From an uncultured Candidatus Saccharibacteria bacterium (GTDB lineage Bacteria; Patescibacteriota; Minisyncoccia; Minisyncoccales; Staskawiczbacteraceae), in NCBI GenBank assembly GCA_964424305.1, contig CAYRHW010000005.1, positions 5,746 to 69,745 on the forward strand: DNA of 64,000 bases. The letters run 5' to 3'. Below the pieces are notes generated by a model. It saw nothing but the letters and a program-made list of their open reading frames with translations. It did not search any database and was not told the DNA's origin. This document shows, piece by piece, positions 26,257-38,474 of this stretch (within the stretch, counting starts at the first letter, position 1; every line of letters starts with the position of its first letter). The translations under genes and the position numbers were made by a program.

Positions 26257-27399
26257 TTATCGAACTCCAAGCGTTGCACCCACGAACTCTATGCCTTTCG
26301 GTTCAATCACAACCCTTTTCTCATCACTTTTCTCAATATGTCCAGCATAGAATACCTCGAAGGGCATTTCGTGCTCTTTGAGCATATCCCAGATTCTGGG
26401 CACATCATCCTGGGGTACGTAAATGGTAAAGCCAGCGCCCATATTGAGGTTACCATATGCCTCAAGATCATCGACTGGTCCCTGGGCTTGGATAAAATCG
26501 AAAATGGGAAGCTGTTTTGGTAGGACTTCAATGACGTAGGTGAATGGGTTTGCTGCCCGCATAAGCTTACGCCAACCATGCCCAGTAATGTTGACTGCGT
26601 AATTGATGTCGATGCCAAGATCGAGACACTGCTCAATAAATGCCACGTAAAGGTGCGTTGGATCAAGCAACACCTCACCGTACATTCTTCCGTCGCTGAG
26701 TCTGGTGAGATATCCTTCGGGAAGGTTATCAGCAATTTTTCTTGCCATCGTTAGGCCATTGGCCCCGATACCCGAACTGGCAAGAAAAATGATAGCGTCG
26801 CCATGTTGAATGTTGACGGGATTTATCAACCGTTCCCTCGGTTTCACAATACCCATCGCCGAACCAGAAAGGACAGCGGTCCCGGGCGTGATAATGCCTT
26901 TAAGGGTTGGGGTCTCTCCCCCACCCCAGACACATCGCACAAGTATGCATGCTTTTTTCCAGCCATCGATAAGATCATGGCATCGCTGTTCGTCATCAAA
27001 CCATCTCGAATCACCAACAGCAAGATGCATCGCCACAGAAAGTGGCAGTGCGCCAAGGGTGATCATGTCATTGACAATCATCGCCACGGCGTCCTGTGCG
27101 ATTTGATCGTAACACGTTCTTCCCAATACACCTTGGATTGCGCTGGCAATTCTCATCTGCCCTCTAAATGCATCGGCAACAAGGTTCTTCGTACCAAGAC
27201 CTTCTTCAACATGGGCGAGGAAAGCCTCTCCGATGTCGATTAGATAGCAGCTCTCGCCACGAGACCAACCCACCTCGGAAAATCCAAAACGTTTCAAGCT
27301 GTTTACGGTCTTAAGTCCGGCCAATTGCGCCTTGCGCTTGAATGGGTCCATTGCGTCGTAATCAACGCCGACGGCAGCATAGGTCATTTTCTTTTCCAT
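26257..27399 (-). CDS. PurM/AIR-synthase-family protein (probable phosphoribosylformylglycinamidine cyclo-ligase)
   Basis: AIRS-family landmarks are VGVDYD, EGLGTKN, DAVAMIVNDMITLGALPL, GGGETP, SSGIGANG and ITGHGW. The start is at MEKKM (AAGGAG 8 nt upstream). It is longer and more divergent than canonical PurM. Confidence 0.6.
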   Translation of the reverse strand: MEKKMTYAAVGVDYDAMDPFKRKAQLAGLKTVNSLKRFGFSEVGWSRGESCYLIDIGEAFLAHVEEGLGTKNLVADAFRGQMRIASAIQGVLGRTCYDQIAQDAVAMIVNDMITLGALPLSVAMHLAVGDSRWFDDEQRCHDLIDGWKKACILVRCVWGGGETPTLKGIITPGTAVLSGSAMGIVKPRERLINPVNIQHGDAIIFLASSGIGANGLTMARKIADNLPEGYLTRLSDGRMYGEVLLDPTHLYVAFIEQCLDLGIDINYAVNITGHGWRKLMRAANPFTYVIEVLPKQLPIFDFIQAQGPVDDLEAYGNLNMGAGFTIYVPQDDVPRIWDMLKEHEMPFEVFYAGHIEKSDEKRVVIEPKGIEFVGATLGVR

Positions 27400-27557
27400 C
27401 TCTTTTTCTCCTTTCTGGAAATATTCACTTTTCAAATTGCATAGTTAGCCAAAATATATTTTAAGGCTACGTATAGATAAAATTACACTACTTTGTTGGG
27501 AATGTAAATAAAAAAAATCGCCGGGGGGTGAGTCCAGCGACATTGTTTTTTTCAAAA

Positions 27558-30594
<3,037 letters not shown>

Positions 30595-30758
30595 AGGGAC
30601 CTCACTTTCTTTTTGTGTGGTTAAACAAAAAAATGTAAAAGGGCATAAATTCTTTTTTTCACATTACCTTAAAACTAAATGGCAAGTCAAATAAAAAATG
30701 CAAAAGAAAAGGCCTAGAAGCTTTCGCGTCTTGACCTTTGTGAGTTTGTTGAATCCTA

Positions 30759-32381
30759 TCAGTGAGCGAAAAATCCTCGAGCCTCAATGTCCGGTAACTG
30801 GAGGAGCAGGACACCGTTCCGCTCGCAGAGTGCTTGGACTTTTTCGTCGCCGATCTTGCTGCCGCTGGTGCTGAAAATGGCCGTGATGCCGGCGTCAATC
30901 AAAATCTTGACAGCATCCGTGTACGGGAAGAACGAATCACTGCAAGCAACGGCGCCTCGCAGCATACCCGCGTGTTTGGCATCTCTCGCCCGCATGACAG
31001 CCAACTTGGCGGCCCAGACACGAGCCTGCTGGCCCACGCCGTTACCGATAAGCATGCCATTCTTGACAATGGTAATGGTATTGGAATTGGAGGTCGCACA
31101 GACCGCCCAGGCTAAGGCCAGGTCGGTCACGATTCTGTCAAAATTCTTGGGCTTGTCCTCAAACGCCAACGCTTTGTGGTCGACGAGATTGGGGATATAT
31201 GTGTAGTTCGGCTGGACGATGAATCCTCCACGAACCTGCCGGAGACGTGGCGTGGTATCAAGCGATGCACAGTCGGCGAGTGCATGGGAAATCATCAATC
31301 GGCAACGTCCACCCTTACGTTCGAAAAATGCGCCGACGCCTTCGGTGAAAGCAGGGGCGACGATGCCATCGAACTTCTGCACCTTGCCCTTCTTCATGCC
31401 AGCGGTAACCATGATTTCCGCCAACTCTTCATTGATCGGAAAATTGGTCATTACCCAACCACCGAATACAGCGAGGCTGTCGCCTTTCACCACGGCCCTG
31501 ACGACTTCCTCGCGATCACCGACAGCGGCTCCGCAGGGATTGCCGTGCTTGACGGCGACGGCAATGCGCGGAATGGTGCCGAAGTTTGTTTGGAATATTG
31601 CGACAATGTGCGTCAACGTTTGCAACAACCGGTCGATATCGGTCCAGTTGCAATAGCCTAAGGGAGCACCTTCAAGCAACAGGATCTTGTCCAGCGCGAG
31701 GGGGTCATCGTTACCGGTAGAAAAAAGTCCGGCCGGCGACTGTGGCCCGTTTTCGCCCTTGGGGATACCAACAGCCTTCTGACCGAGAATCCCGTTGAAC
31801 TGGCCGTTGCCGTGGAAAATCGCCGAAGTGGCGACGTATGTTGCCACCTCAAATTCAGCAATAGCACGCAACGATTGTATGGTCTCAGCGGGTACCTCTC
31901 CCTGAGTTTCCAAAATGTGGAGAATGTATTCCCTGTCCTGCATCCGGCAGATAACGATTCTTCCGCCCTTGGCAGCCGAACGAACCATGCACGGTCCGCC
32001 AATATCGGTCATATCGACTACCGAGTCAATGGTGGCACCGAGCTTCGCGATTGCCATGGCTAACGGATAAAAATCGCAGACTACCATACCGATAATGGGA
32101 ATATTCAACCCTTCCAGCTCGGCAATATCTGCCGGCTTCTTAAGGTCTGCTAATAGCGCGGCGTGCACCTGTCGCGACAAGGTCACGACACGGTGACCAA
32201 GGATGGGGCCACCTCCGACGAGTTCAGCCACGTCCTTGACTGGCACACCCGCCTCGGTCAATGCCTTGGCTGTTCCTCCGGAGCTGATAATTCTCCATCC
32301 TAATTTCACCAATCGTTGCGCGAACTCCACAACGCCTTTCTTGTTATAAACTGAGATTAATGCCCAGCGTTCTGCACTCAC
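30759..32381 (-). CDS. purH: bifunctional AICAR transformylase / IMP cyclohydrolase
   Basis: GTG start with a GGAGA RBS. The N-terminus is MGS-like (ALISVYNKKGVVEFAQRLVKLGWRIISSGGTAKAL). Also contains VAVKHGNPCGAAV and a C-terminal FFAH. Confidence 0.9.
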   Translation of the reverse strand: MSAERWALISVYNKKGVVEFAQRLVKLGWRIISSGGTAKALTEAGVPVKDVAELVGGGPILGHRVVTLSRQVHAALLADLKKPADIAELEGLNIPIIGMVVCDFYPLAMAIAKLGATIDSVVDMTDIGGPCMVRSAAKGGRIVICRMQDREYILHILETQGEVPAETIQSLRAIAEFEVATYVATSAIFHGNGQFNGILGQKAVGIPKGENGPQSPAGLFSTGNDDPLALDKILLLEGAPLGYCNWTDIDRLLQTLTHIVAIFQTNFGTIPRIAVAVKHGNPCGAAVGDREEVVRAVVKGDSLAVFGGWVMTNFPINEELAEIMVTAGMKKGKVQKFDGIVAPAFTEGVGAFFERKGGRCRLMISHALADCASLDTTPRLRQVRGGFIVQPNYTYIPNLVDHKALAFEDKPKNFDRIVTDLALAWAVCATSNSNTITIVKNGMLIGNGVGQQARVWAAKLAVMRARDAKHAGMLRGAVACSDSFFPYTDAVKILIDAGITAIFSTSGSKIGDEKVQALCERNGVLLLQLPDIEARGFFAH

Positions 32382-32528
32382 CTCTGTCTCCTAGTCCCTA
32401 TGAACTTGTCGAGGTACAACCTGGCTCGAGAACGTCTCAAGCCCTTACATAGACTAGACTACACCTAATTACAAAAAAAACAATAAAAAAAGAGCCCGCT
32501 GTCGACGGACTCGCTGTACCCCAGTGGG

Positions 32529-33059
32529 CTATATGCCAAACACTGATGATACAACCAGCAAAGATAGAGCGGCATAAATACCAGCGACGAAATCGTCAAG
32601 CATTACGCCTTTTGCGCTTTGCATTCTATCAAAAAATCTTGTAGGAGGGATCTTGGTAATATCGAAGAAACGGAAAAAAGCAAAGGCCAGCCCCAGAGCC
32701 AACCAAGTTAACTTAACTTGGATAAAAAGCAAAGGGAGACATGATGTCAGCATCCCAAAAACTTCGTCAATTACGATCTGGTTCTGATCGTGGACTCTTT
32801 GTTTCCCTTTTTGATCAATCATTTTACCTAATCCAATCTCAGCCTTGGGAACACACCACAAACCCAAAAGGAAAACTACTGCCATTACCAGCAGATAAGA
32901 AATGACTGTCCCGGCCTTAGCCAGCTCCAATGCCAGATAGCACAAGGGCAGAGAGAAAAAGCTACCATATGTTCCGCCCATCCCCTTCCCGAACATGGGT
33001 GGGATTAAACCGCAGTAAAACCAAGTCGCCATAAAAACTGCTGCCTTGTTTTTCATCAT
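32529..33059 (-). CDS. pgpA: phosphatidylglycerophosphatase A family membrane protein
   Basis: Contains FYCGLIPPMFGKGMGGTYGS, DQNQIVIDEVFG, FRFFDITKIPP and GVMLDDFVAGIYA. The start is at MMKNK (GGGAGGA RBS), 28 nt after the guaA stop. Confidence 0.7.
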   Translation of the reverse strand: MMKNKAAVFMATWFYCGLIPPMFGKGMGGTYGSFFSLPLCYLALELAKAGTVISYLLVMAVVFLLGLWCVPKAEIGLGKMIDQKGKQRVHDQNQIVIDEVFGMLTSCLPLLFIQVKLTWLALGLAFAFFRFFDITKIPPTRFFDRMQSAKGVMLDDFVAGIYAALSLLVVSSVFGI

Positions 33060-33087
33060 CTTTTCCTCCCATCTGTTTTGGAGACTT

Positions 33088-34716
33088 TCATCCCCATTCA
33101 ATTGTAGCTGGCGGTTTGTCTGAGGTTCTGTAAACCACGGCTCCAACTTCTGGAACTTCATTTGTAATTCTTTGAGAAATGCGTTTTATAAAATCCCAGG
33201 GTAATTCTGCCGCTTGAGCAGTGAAACCATTGACGCTCCATACCGCCCATAAGGCAACAACCACACCACTTACGGCATCGTCGCCCTTTGTACAAGTTGT
33301 GACTGATTGGGTGACCACTGCTCCGGCCTGCCAAATACCCGCGTAGAGATCTTGCTCTCGCAATCCCTTAATATAGATGTCGTCAATTTGGCGAGCAATC
33401 CTTAAGTTGTCGGCAGTAATCTGTCCCTCGATCCTTACAATCAAGCCGGGGCCAGGGAATGGCTGACGGACAAGGAGAGATTCCGGAACTCCAGCCGAAC
33501 GACCAATATCTCGACCCGTATCCTTAACGCAATCATCAAGCGGAGTGAGCTCCTCTACAGAAAATCCCAAACCTACATTGTGGTGAAGTTTGATTTGGGC
33601 CTTCGCCGCTTGCGTGGCATATCCCTGTCCACTTTCTGAAATGTCAGTGTAAAGCGTTCCCTGTGCTATAAAGCTGGCCCCAAACTCCTTGGCCTCTTCT
33701 TCAAGCACAGCTTTGTAAACGCTTCGCATCGCCACTCTCTTCTCTTTCATTGTTTCTTTTTCGCGTAAGACATCCAAAAACCTATCAGTTGCATCGACAA
33801 TCCTTAACTCAACCCAGTCTTGATTTGCAAAATACTCCAACACGTGGGCCTCATCATCCGGCCGATCGACTCCCCGGATGTAAACTGCCCTTAACTGTCC
33901 CTTCTTGCCAACGAGAGTAGCTTTCAAAAGATAGGCAACGGTCGATGAATCAGACCCACCGGATAGTGCCAACAGGACTTTTTTGTCGCCTATCTTTTCT
34001 CGTAGGGCAACTATCTTCTGTTGAGCCACCTCCTTGGCCGGATACTTGTCTTTGGCTCCGCAAATCCCAAAACAAAAGTTCTCGAAGATCTTGAGACCCT
34101 TCGTTGTCTCCGTCACCTCGGGGTGAAATTGCACCCCCCAAAGATGTCTATAATTTGCCGCTGCAACGGGAGAATTTTCCGTTTTGCCTAAAACAAAAAA
34201 TTCGCTGATAAGACTTCTTGAAATCGGGCTTTCGGGTTTTTCCACCATATCTCCGTGGCTTTCCAAAACCGGCATCCCATTTTCACAACCCCTCAAAATA
34301 CCACCCCAGTCAAGAATTGAAAGTTTATGTGTGCCGAACTCTCTTCTCGCTGATTGTCTAACGGAACAACCAATATGGTGTGCCCATAATTGGAATCCTA
34401 AGCAAATACCCAGAACTGGTATTCCTAAATCAAAAATACTGAAGTCAAATGGCAAAACATTTTGGTAGACAGAAACGGGGCCACCAGAAAGTATCAAGCC
34501 TGTCGGCCCGACCTTTTGAACATCGGCCGCTCTCACCTGGCTAGGATCTGCCACGAGGCAAAAAACTCCTAGCTTTTCTAGTGCTTGTTTAATTAAGTGG
34601 TCAAACTGACTGCCCAAAGAAAACAATAAAAAGAGTTCGCTCGTCTTACGGATTGCCTTCTCTTCGGCGATTTCCCGAAGAACCCTTTCGTCAACCCTCT
34701 TTAATGTATGTATCAT
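33088..34716 (-). CDS. guaA: GMP synthase (glutamine-hydrolysing)
   Basis: The GATase domain has GICLGFQL and GVQFHPE. The ATP-PPase domain has ALSGGSDSS. The C-terminus ends PPATIEWG. Confidence 0.9.
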   Translation of the reverse strand: MIHTLKRVDERVLREIAEEKAIRKTSELFLLFSLGSQFDHLIKQALEKLGVFCLVADPSQVRAADVQKVGPTGLILSGGPVSVYQNVLPFDFSIFDLGIPVLGICLGFQLWAHHIGCSVRQSARREFGTHKLSILDWGGILRGCENGMPVLESHGDMVEKPESPISRSLISEFFVLGKTENSPVAAANYRHLWGVQFHPEVTETTKGLKIFENFCFGICGAKDKYPAKEVAQQKIVALREKIGDKKVLLALSGGSDSSTVAYLLKATLVGKKGQLRAVYIRGVDRPDDEAHVLEYFANQDWVELRIVDATDRFLDVLREKETMKEKRVAMRSVYKAVLEEEAKEFGASFIAQGTLYTDISESGQGYATQAAKAQIKLHHNVGLGFSVEELTPLDDCVKDTGRDIGRSAGVPESLLVRQPFPGPGLIVRIEGQITADNLRIARQIDDIYIKGLREQDLYAGIWQAGAVVTQSVTTCTKGDDAVSGVVVALWAVWSVNGFTAQAAELPWDFIKRISQRITNEVPEVGAVVYRTSDKPPATIEWG

Positions 34717-34760
34717 TTCTCACCATTGCCTTTCTTGTCAATGTGCGGACCTGTTTAGTA

Positions 34761-34789
34761 AAACTATACCGAAAGCATAATACTGTCAA
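34761..34789 (-). promoter_or_regulatory. sigma70-type promoter of guaA-pgpA
   Basis: Minus strand reads TTGACA (34784-34789), a 17-nt spacer, then TAGTTT (34761-34766). Confidence 0.4.
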
Positions 34790-34791
34790 AC

Positions 34792-34818
34792 AAAACCCGA
34801 GCTATTAACTCGGGTTTT
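34792..34818. terminator. rho-independent terminator after rpmG (marks the right edge of the GC-rich block)
   Basis: AAAACCCGAG-CTATTAA-CTCGGGTTTT. Confidence 0.7.
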
Positions 34819-34831
34819 GGGTTATAAGGAA

Positions 34832-34993
34832 TTATCGTTTTCCTTCTTTGTGTGGCGTGTGTTTTCTGCAAGAGTTGCAGAACTTTTTCATCTCTAACTT
34901 CTTCTCTGCTGCTTTCTTTGATTTCTTTGTAAAGTAATTCACTTCTTTACAAGCGCTGCATTGTATTTTCGAAAACGGTTTTTTCTTTGCCAT
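34832..34993 (-). CDS. rpmG: 50S ribosomal protein L33
   Basis: Below the track length cutoff. My translation is MAKKKPFSKIQCSACKEVNYFTKKSKKAAEKKLEMKKFCNSCRKHTPHKEGKR (53 aa, CxxC...CxxC zinc ribbon). Confidence 0.85.
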   Translation of the reverse strand: MAKKKPFSKIQCSACKEVNYFTKKSKKAAEKKLEMKKFCNSCRKHTPHKEGKR

Positions 34994-35023
34994 ACTATTT
35001 TATTTTTATTTTATATTTTTCTG

Positions 35024-35297
35024 AGCCGATGGCCAGATTTGAACTGGCGACCTTTCCCTTCGCTTAAACCTCTTTTTAGAATAGTGCTTATAAGAGGGCT
35101 AGACTGTATCTTGAGCATATCCTTTCACAGGAATCAGCTCCCCTTTGTCAGTCGTTCGAGCGCCTTTCGGGCGCTACGGTCTTGGCCAGACATTGGCTAT
35201 TAACCGTGATTAGGGATTCATTATATGGTTTCCCGTATAATGGGCAGGGGTTTTGCGACCCACCATGGGAGTGCTCTACCAACTGAGCTACATCGGC
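35024..35297 (-). tRNA. tRNA-Thr (anticodon GGU) interrupted by a group I intron after position 36
   Basis: Exon 1 (35262-35297) is GCCGATGTAGCTCAGTTGGTAGAGCACTCCCATGGT. Exon 2 (35024-35060) is AAGGGAAAGGTCGCCAGTTCAAATCTGGCCATCGGCT. Joined, they give a 73-nt cloverleaf with acceptor GCCGATG/CATCGGC, anticodon loop AUGGUAA, T-arm GCCAG-TTCAAAT-CTGGC and discriminator U. Confidence 0.8.
35061..35261 (-). mobile_element. group I intron (IC3-like, ~201 nt) in the tRNA-Thr anticodon loop
   Basis: The 5' exon ends in U and the intron ends in G (...UUUAAGCG|AA). P2 is the hairpin CAUUAUACGG-GAAA-CCAUAUAAUG. P4/P5 are ACGGU...GCCA-AUGUC-UGGC-CAAG-ACCGU. P6 is GCGCCC-GAAA-GGCGC. P7 is GACUG/CAGUC with the J8/7-P7 block CAAGAUACAGUC (compare the canonical AAGAUAUAGUC). 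P3 is UCCCU/GGGGA and P9 is CCUCUU...AAGAGG. Confidence 0.8.
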
Positions 35298-35305
35298 ACG
35301 TAAAA

Positions 35306-35911
35306 CTAATTATTATATTTCTTAATGCTCGCTAAAATATGCTCTTTTAATTTTTTATTAGTAAAACTCATTGTCAAAACTCCATATTCACTTTTTTTCT
35401 TATAAGTCCCCCTACCCTGCGGCGGTACAACTGTTATTTTCCCGAGTTGTTTCCTTGTAATGCCGATTTGTTTCTTCCAGAAATTGACTGCTTTTTCTTC
35501 TTTGACATCGTTGAAAAGAATTAACCCATAAGAAAACTTTTTTTCTTCTGCCTGATATAATTTTCTTAAAAATTCTCTAAATTTTTTAATTAAAAACGGA
35601 TCTGTGTTGCTCACCCTAACCGACGTGTTATTGGGGCTTTTATCCCCCTCTCCCCAATAAATCCCCAACCCCATTCCCCTAAGCTCGACTTCTTCTTTAT
35701 TAAGCCTCTTTTTCAGCGTAAACGGATCTCCATCTGGGTTGTGTTTAATATAGGCGGCATCACTTAAATTCCTCTTTTGAATCTTGTATCTATGAAGCCA
35801 ATAATTCACTCCGCTTTCTGAATAACCGATGGAAGTGGCAATTTCAGCAGCAGATTTATGTTTGTTAATATACAAATCCGAAAGCCTATCAAATGATAAA
35901 TTATTATTCAT
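35306..35911 (-). CDS. free-standing LAGLIDADG-like homing endonuclease with N-terminal HTH
   Basis: 201 aa. The HTH is SAAEIATSIGYSESGVNYWLHRYKI. A single LAGLIDADG-type motif (GMGLGIYWGEGDK) is followed by VRVSNTDPFLIKKFREFLRKLY and NFWKKQIGI, as in LAGLIDADG_3-type proteins. It lies between tRNA-Tyr and the intron-containing tRNA. Confidence 0.6.
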   Translation of the reverse strand: MNNNLSFDRLSDLYINKHKSAAEIATSIGYSESGVNYWLHRYKIQKRNLSDAAYIKHNPDGDPFTLKKRLNKEEVELRGMGLGIYWGEGDKSPNNTSVRVSNTDPFLIKKFREFLRKLYQAEEKKFSYGLILFNDVKEEKAVNFWKKQIGITRKQLGKITVVPPQGRGTYKKKSEYGVLTMSFTNKKLKEHILASIKKYNN

Positions 35912-35982
35912 ATTATAGTGATTAATCTATTATACCACTAAATATGTTAACCACCACCTATCCAGATGGTTACTCTACTCTG

Positions 35983-36064
35983 TGGGCAGGATAGGACTTG
36001 CACCTATGAAGACCTTGGTCGTTGGATTTACAGTCCAATGCGTTAGCTTCTCCGCCACCTGCCC
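35983..36064 (-). tRNA. tRNA-Tyr (anticodon GTA), long variable arm
   Basis: The reverse complement is GGGCAGGTGGCGGAGAAGCTAACGCATTGGACTGTAAATCCAACGACCAAGGTCTTCATAGGTGCAAGTCCTATCCTGCCCA. The anticodon arm is TTGGA-CTGTAAA-TCCAA. Confidence 0.85.
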
Positions 36065-36093
36065 AAATTTCCTTGTATTCTATCACAAATAAC

Positions 36094-36753
36094 TTACTTT
36101 TCAATGACCTTCCTATTAATGTTCCTCCACTCTTGAATCTTTTTATGATCTCCGGAGGTTAAAACTTCTGGAACCTTCCAATTTTTCCCCTTAATCTTAA
36201 ACACTTCTGGCCTGGTATATTGTGCATATTCAATAAATCCACCATCTTTTGTAACCCGCTCGCCCAACAATTCTTTTTTCCCAATAACGCCTGGGATTAA
36301 TCTTGATATCGTTTCAATAACAATCATTGCTGGCAATTCTCCGCCCATTAAATCATACTCCCCTATAGATAACTCCAGATCTGCCACATTTTTAGCCACC
36401 CTTTCATCAACCCCCTCATATCTTCCACAAATTAAAACCAATTGTTTCTCTTTAGAAAGCTTAGTGGCAAGTTGCTGATTAAACTTTTTCCCTCTTGGGG
36501 TGAAGAGGATAACCTTCCCGCCCTTCTTTTTAATCTTTGAAACTGCTTTGTAAATTGGCTCCACCTTCATCACCATTCCTAATCCCCCACCAAATGGTTT
36601 ATCATCAACTGTTTTATGAGCATCGTCAGCCCAATCTCTTAAATTATGGATGTTAACGGAAATTAGCCGATTTTTTATGGCTTTTTGTATAAGAGATTCT
36701 TTAAAATAACTGGAAAATATATTCGGGAATATGGTTACAATATCAAATTTCAT
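36094..36753 (-). CDS. trmD: tRNA (guanine37-N1)-methyltransferase
   Basis: Begins MKFDIVTIFPNIF and contains DDKPFGGGLGMVM, LICGRYEGVDERV, SIGEYDLMGGELPAM and LTSGDHKKI. Confidence 0.9.
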   Translation of the reverse strand: MKFDIVTIFPNIFSSYFKESLIQKAIKNRLISVNIHNLRDWADDAHKTVDDKPFGGGLGMVMKVEPIYKAVSKIKKKGGKVILFTPRGKKFNQQLATKLSKEKQLVLICGRYEGVDERVAKNVADLELSIGEYDLMGGELPAMIVIETISRLIPGVIGKKELLGERVTKDGGFIEYAQYTRPEVFKIKGKNWKVPEVLTSGDHKKIQEWRNINRKVIEK

Positions 36754-36820
36754 TTTCTAAAAACGAAAGCCGTACTATTAGTGTAGCACGGCTCTCGTAG
36801 TCTTGTAAATTTTAATGAGA

Positions 36821-37135
36821 TTACAGACTGATATTATCGATATCGGATGAAGGCTTCGCTTCTGATTTTCTCTGAACACGACCACCTTCTGGCTCTTCAA
36901 TCTTCAAATTGACGCGGGCGTGGTTTTTTAAACCAACGATTCTTACCAAATTTCTGATTGCGTTAGCAGTTGAGCCTTCGCGACCAATTATTTGGCCCAT
37001 ATCTTCTGGGTTTACTCTCAAAGAAAGTAATACTCCCATTTCGTCAACTTTTCTTTCAACTTTTACGTCTTTTGGGTTATCTACCAATGACTCTATTAAG
37101 TACTGTAGAAACTCCTTGTCATTCTCTTTTGCCAT
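36821..37135 (-). CDS. khpA: KH-domain RNA-binding protein (YlqC/KhpA-like)
   Basis: The KH core is VNPEDMGQIIGREGSTANAIRNLV. It is positioned between rpsP and trmD, as in many bacteria. Confidence 0.65.
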   Translation of the reverse strand: MAKENDKEFLQYLIESLVDNPKDVKVERKVDEMGVLLSLRVNPEDMGQIIGREGSTANAIRNLVRIVGLKNHARVNLKIEEPEGGRVQRKSEAKPSSDIDNISL

Positions 37136-37279
37136 TTTTTTATCATTAAAAGTTTTTCTTGTAGCTCGACCTTTCTCTACCGCTGGGAACTACCCATTGG
37201 GGTTATGCAGCGAATCAGAGCTTTTGAAGCTACTATAATATATTTTACTCATTTTCATGCGGTTGTCAATAAATTAAAC

Positions 37280-37304
37280 ACAAAAGGCCCGCTGAGCGGG
37301 CCTT
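37280..37304 (-). terminator. rho-independent terminator after rpsP
   Basis: Minus strand has AAGGCCCGC-TCAG-CGGGCCTT followed by TTGTGTTT. Confidence 0.65.
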
Positions 37305-37318
37305 GTATATATATGAGG

Positions 37319-37690
37319 TTAGGCTTTGGGTTCTTCTGGGGCTACTGGAGTCACTGGGGCTGTGGGGGCAGTTGGCGCAACCGTTGCTGTAACTGGGGTT
37401 GCTGCCGGAGTTTCTCCACCTTTCTTCTTCGCGTGGGTGGCAATCTTTACTCCCTTTATAATATTTTCCTTTACTAGAAGATTGTTAATACTTACCGATG
37501 GTTTAGCTCCTTTTGAAATCCAGTAAGTAACTCTATCTGCTTTAATGTTTGTCTTTTTGGTAAAAGGATTATAGTTACCTAAAATCTCCACGAATCTTCC
37601 TCCGCGAGTTGCCCTCCTTTTATCAGTCACGATAATCCTATACATCGGCTGATTCTTTTTTCCTATTCTTGTAAATCTTATAACTAACAT
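37319..37690 (-). CDS. rpsP: 30S ribosomal protein S16 with Pro/Ala/Thr-rich C-terminal extension
   Basis: Begins MLVIRFTRIGKKNQPMYRIIVTDKRRATRGGRFVEILGNYNP. The tail is PAATPVTATVAPTAPTAPVTPVAP. Confidence 0.9.
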   Translation of the reverse strand: MLVIRFTRIGKKNQPMYRIIVTDKRRATRGGRFVEILGNYNPFTKKTNIKADRVTYWISKGAKPSVSINNLLVKENIIKGVKIATHAKKKGGETPAATPVTATVAPTAPTAPVTPVAPEEPKA

Positions 37691-37721
37691 GGTTTAATTT
37701 GTGTTTCTTTAATGTGTAATG

Positions 37722-38411
37722 TTACCAACCCCTAGCGATTAAGGCCTTTTTAGCAGCGGCCTCTTCCGCCTCTTGCTTGGAAGAACCCTCTCCCTCAGCG
37801 ATTAATTCTTCTTCTAAAAATGCTCCGATTATGAAACTCTTAACGTGATCCGGTCCCCATTCTTTCAAAACCTTATACATCGGGGTTATCCCTTCTTTCT
37901 CCTGGGCTGTCTCCTGGAAATGGGACTTTGCATCTCTGTAAAGCCCACTTTCAATAATTTCTGGTAATCTTGATGTAAGATATTTTTTAATAAACCCATC
38001 GCAAGGATTAAGTCCGGAATCTAGATAAAGGGCTCCAATCAACGATTCAAAGGTATTGGCTAGAATATACTGTCTTGCTTTTCCCTTTTCTTTTGTTTCG
38101 CCTTTTGATAATAGCAGAAACTCATTTAAATTCAACTCCTGAGCAACTTGGGCTAACATTTTCGCGTTAACCAATGATGCTCTCCAATTGGTTAGCTTCC
38201 CCTCTGGTTGGTCTGGATATTCGTTGTAGAGGAAATCACTTATTATCAATTCCAGAACTGCGTCTCCCAAAAACTCTAATCTCTCATTCTGGCTCAGACG
38301 AAAATTTGGATTTTCGTTTAGATACGATCTATGAACGAATGCCTGAATTAAAAGGTCCTGATTCTTAAACTTTATTCCTAGTTGTTCCTCTAGCTTAGAA
38401 AAATCTTTCAT
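37722..38411 (-). CDS. rnc: ribonuclease III
   Basis: Contains the signature NERLEFLGDAVLE and a C-terminal dsRBD (GEGSSKQEAEEAAAKKAL). Confidence 0.9.
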   Translation of the reverse strand: MKDFSKLEEQLGIKFKNQDLLIQAFVHRSYLNENPNFRLSQNERLEFLGDAVLELIISDFLYNEYPDQPEGKLTNWRASLVNAKMLAQVAQELNLNEFLLLSKGETKEKGKARQYILANTFESLIGALYLDSGLNPCDGFIKKYLTSRLPEIIESGLYRDAKSHFQETAQEKEGITPMYKVLKEWGPDHVKSFIIGAFLEEELIAEGEGSSKQEAEEAAAKKALIARGW

Positions 38412-38474
38412 TTATTTAGTCTAGCCACTAACCACTATCGACTAATGAATAATCGCGACTGGTTATTGGCTGAA

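Noticed and set aside
37205-37526. Plus-strand ORFs 37205-37477 and 37326-37526
   Set aside because: They are antisense to rpsP and its GC-richer Pro/Ala/Thr tail, so they are shadow ORFs.
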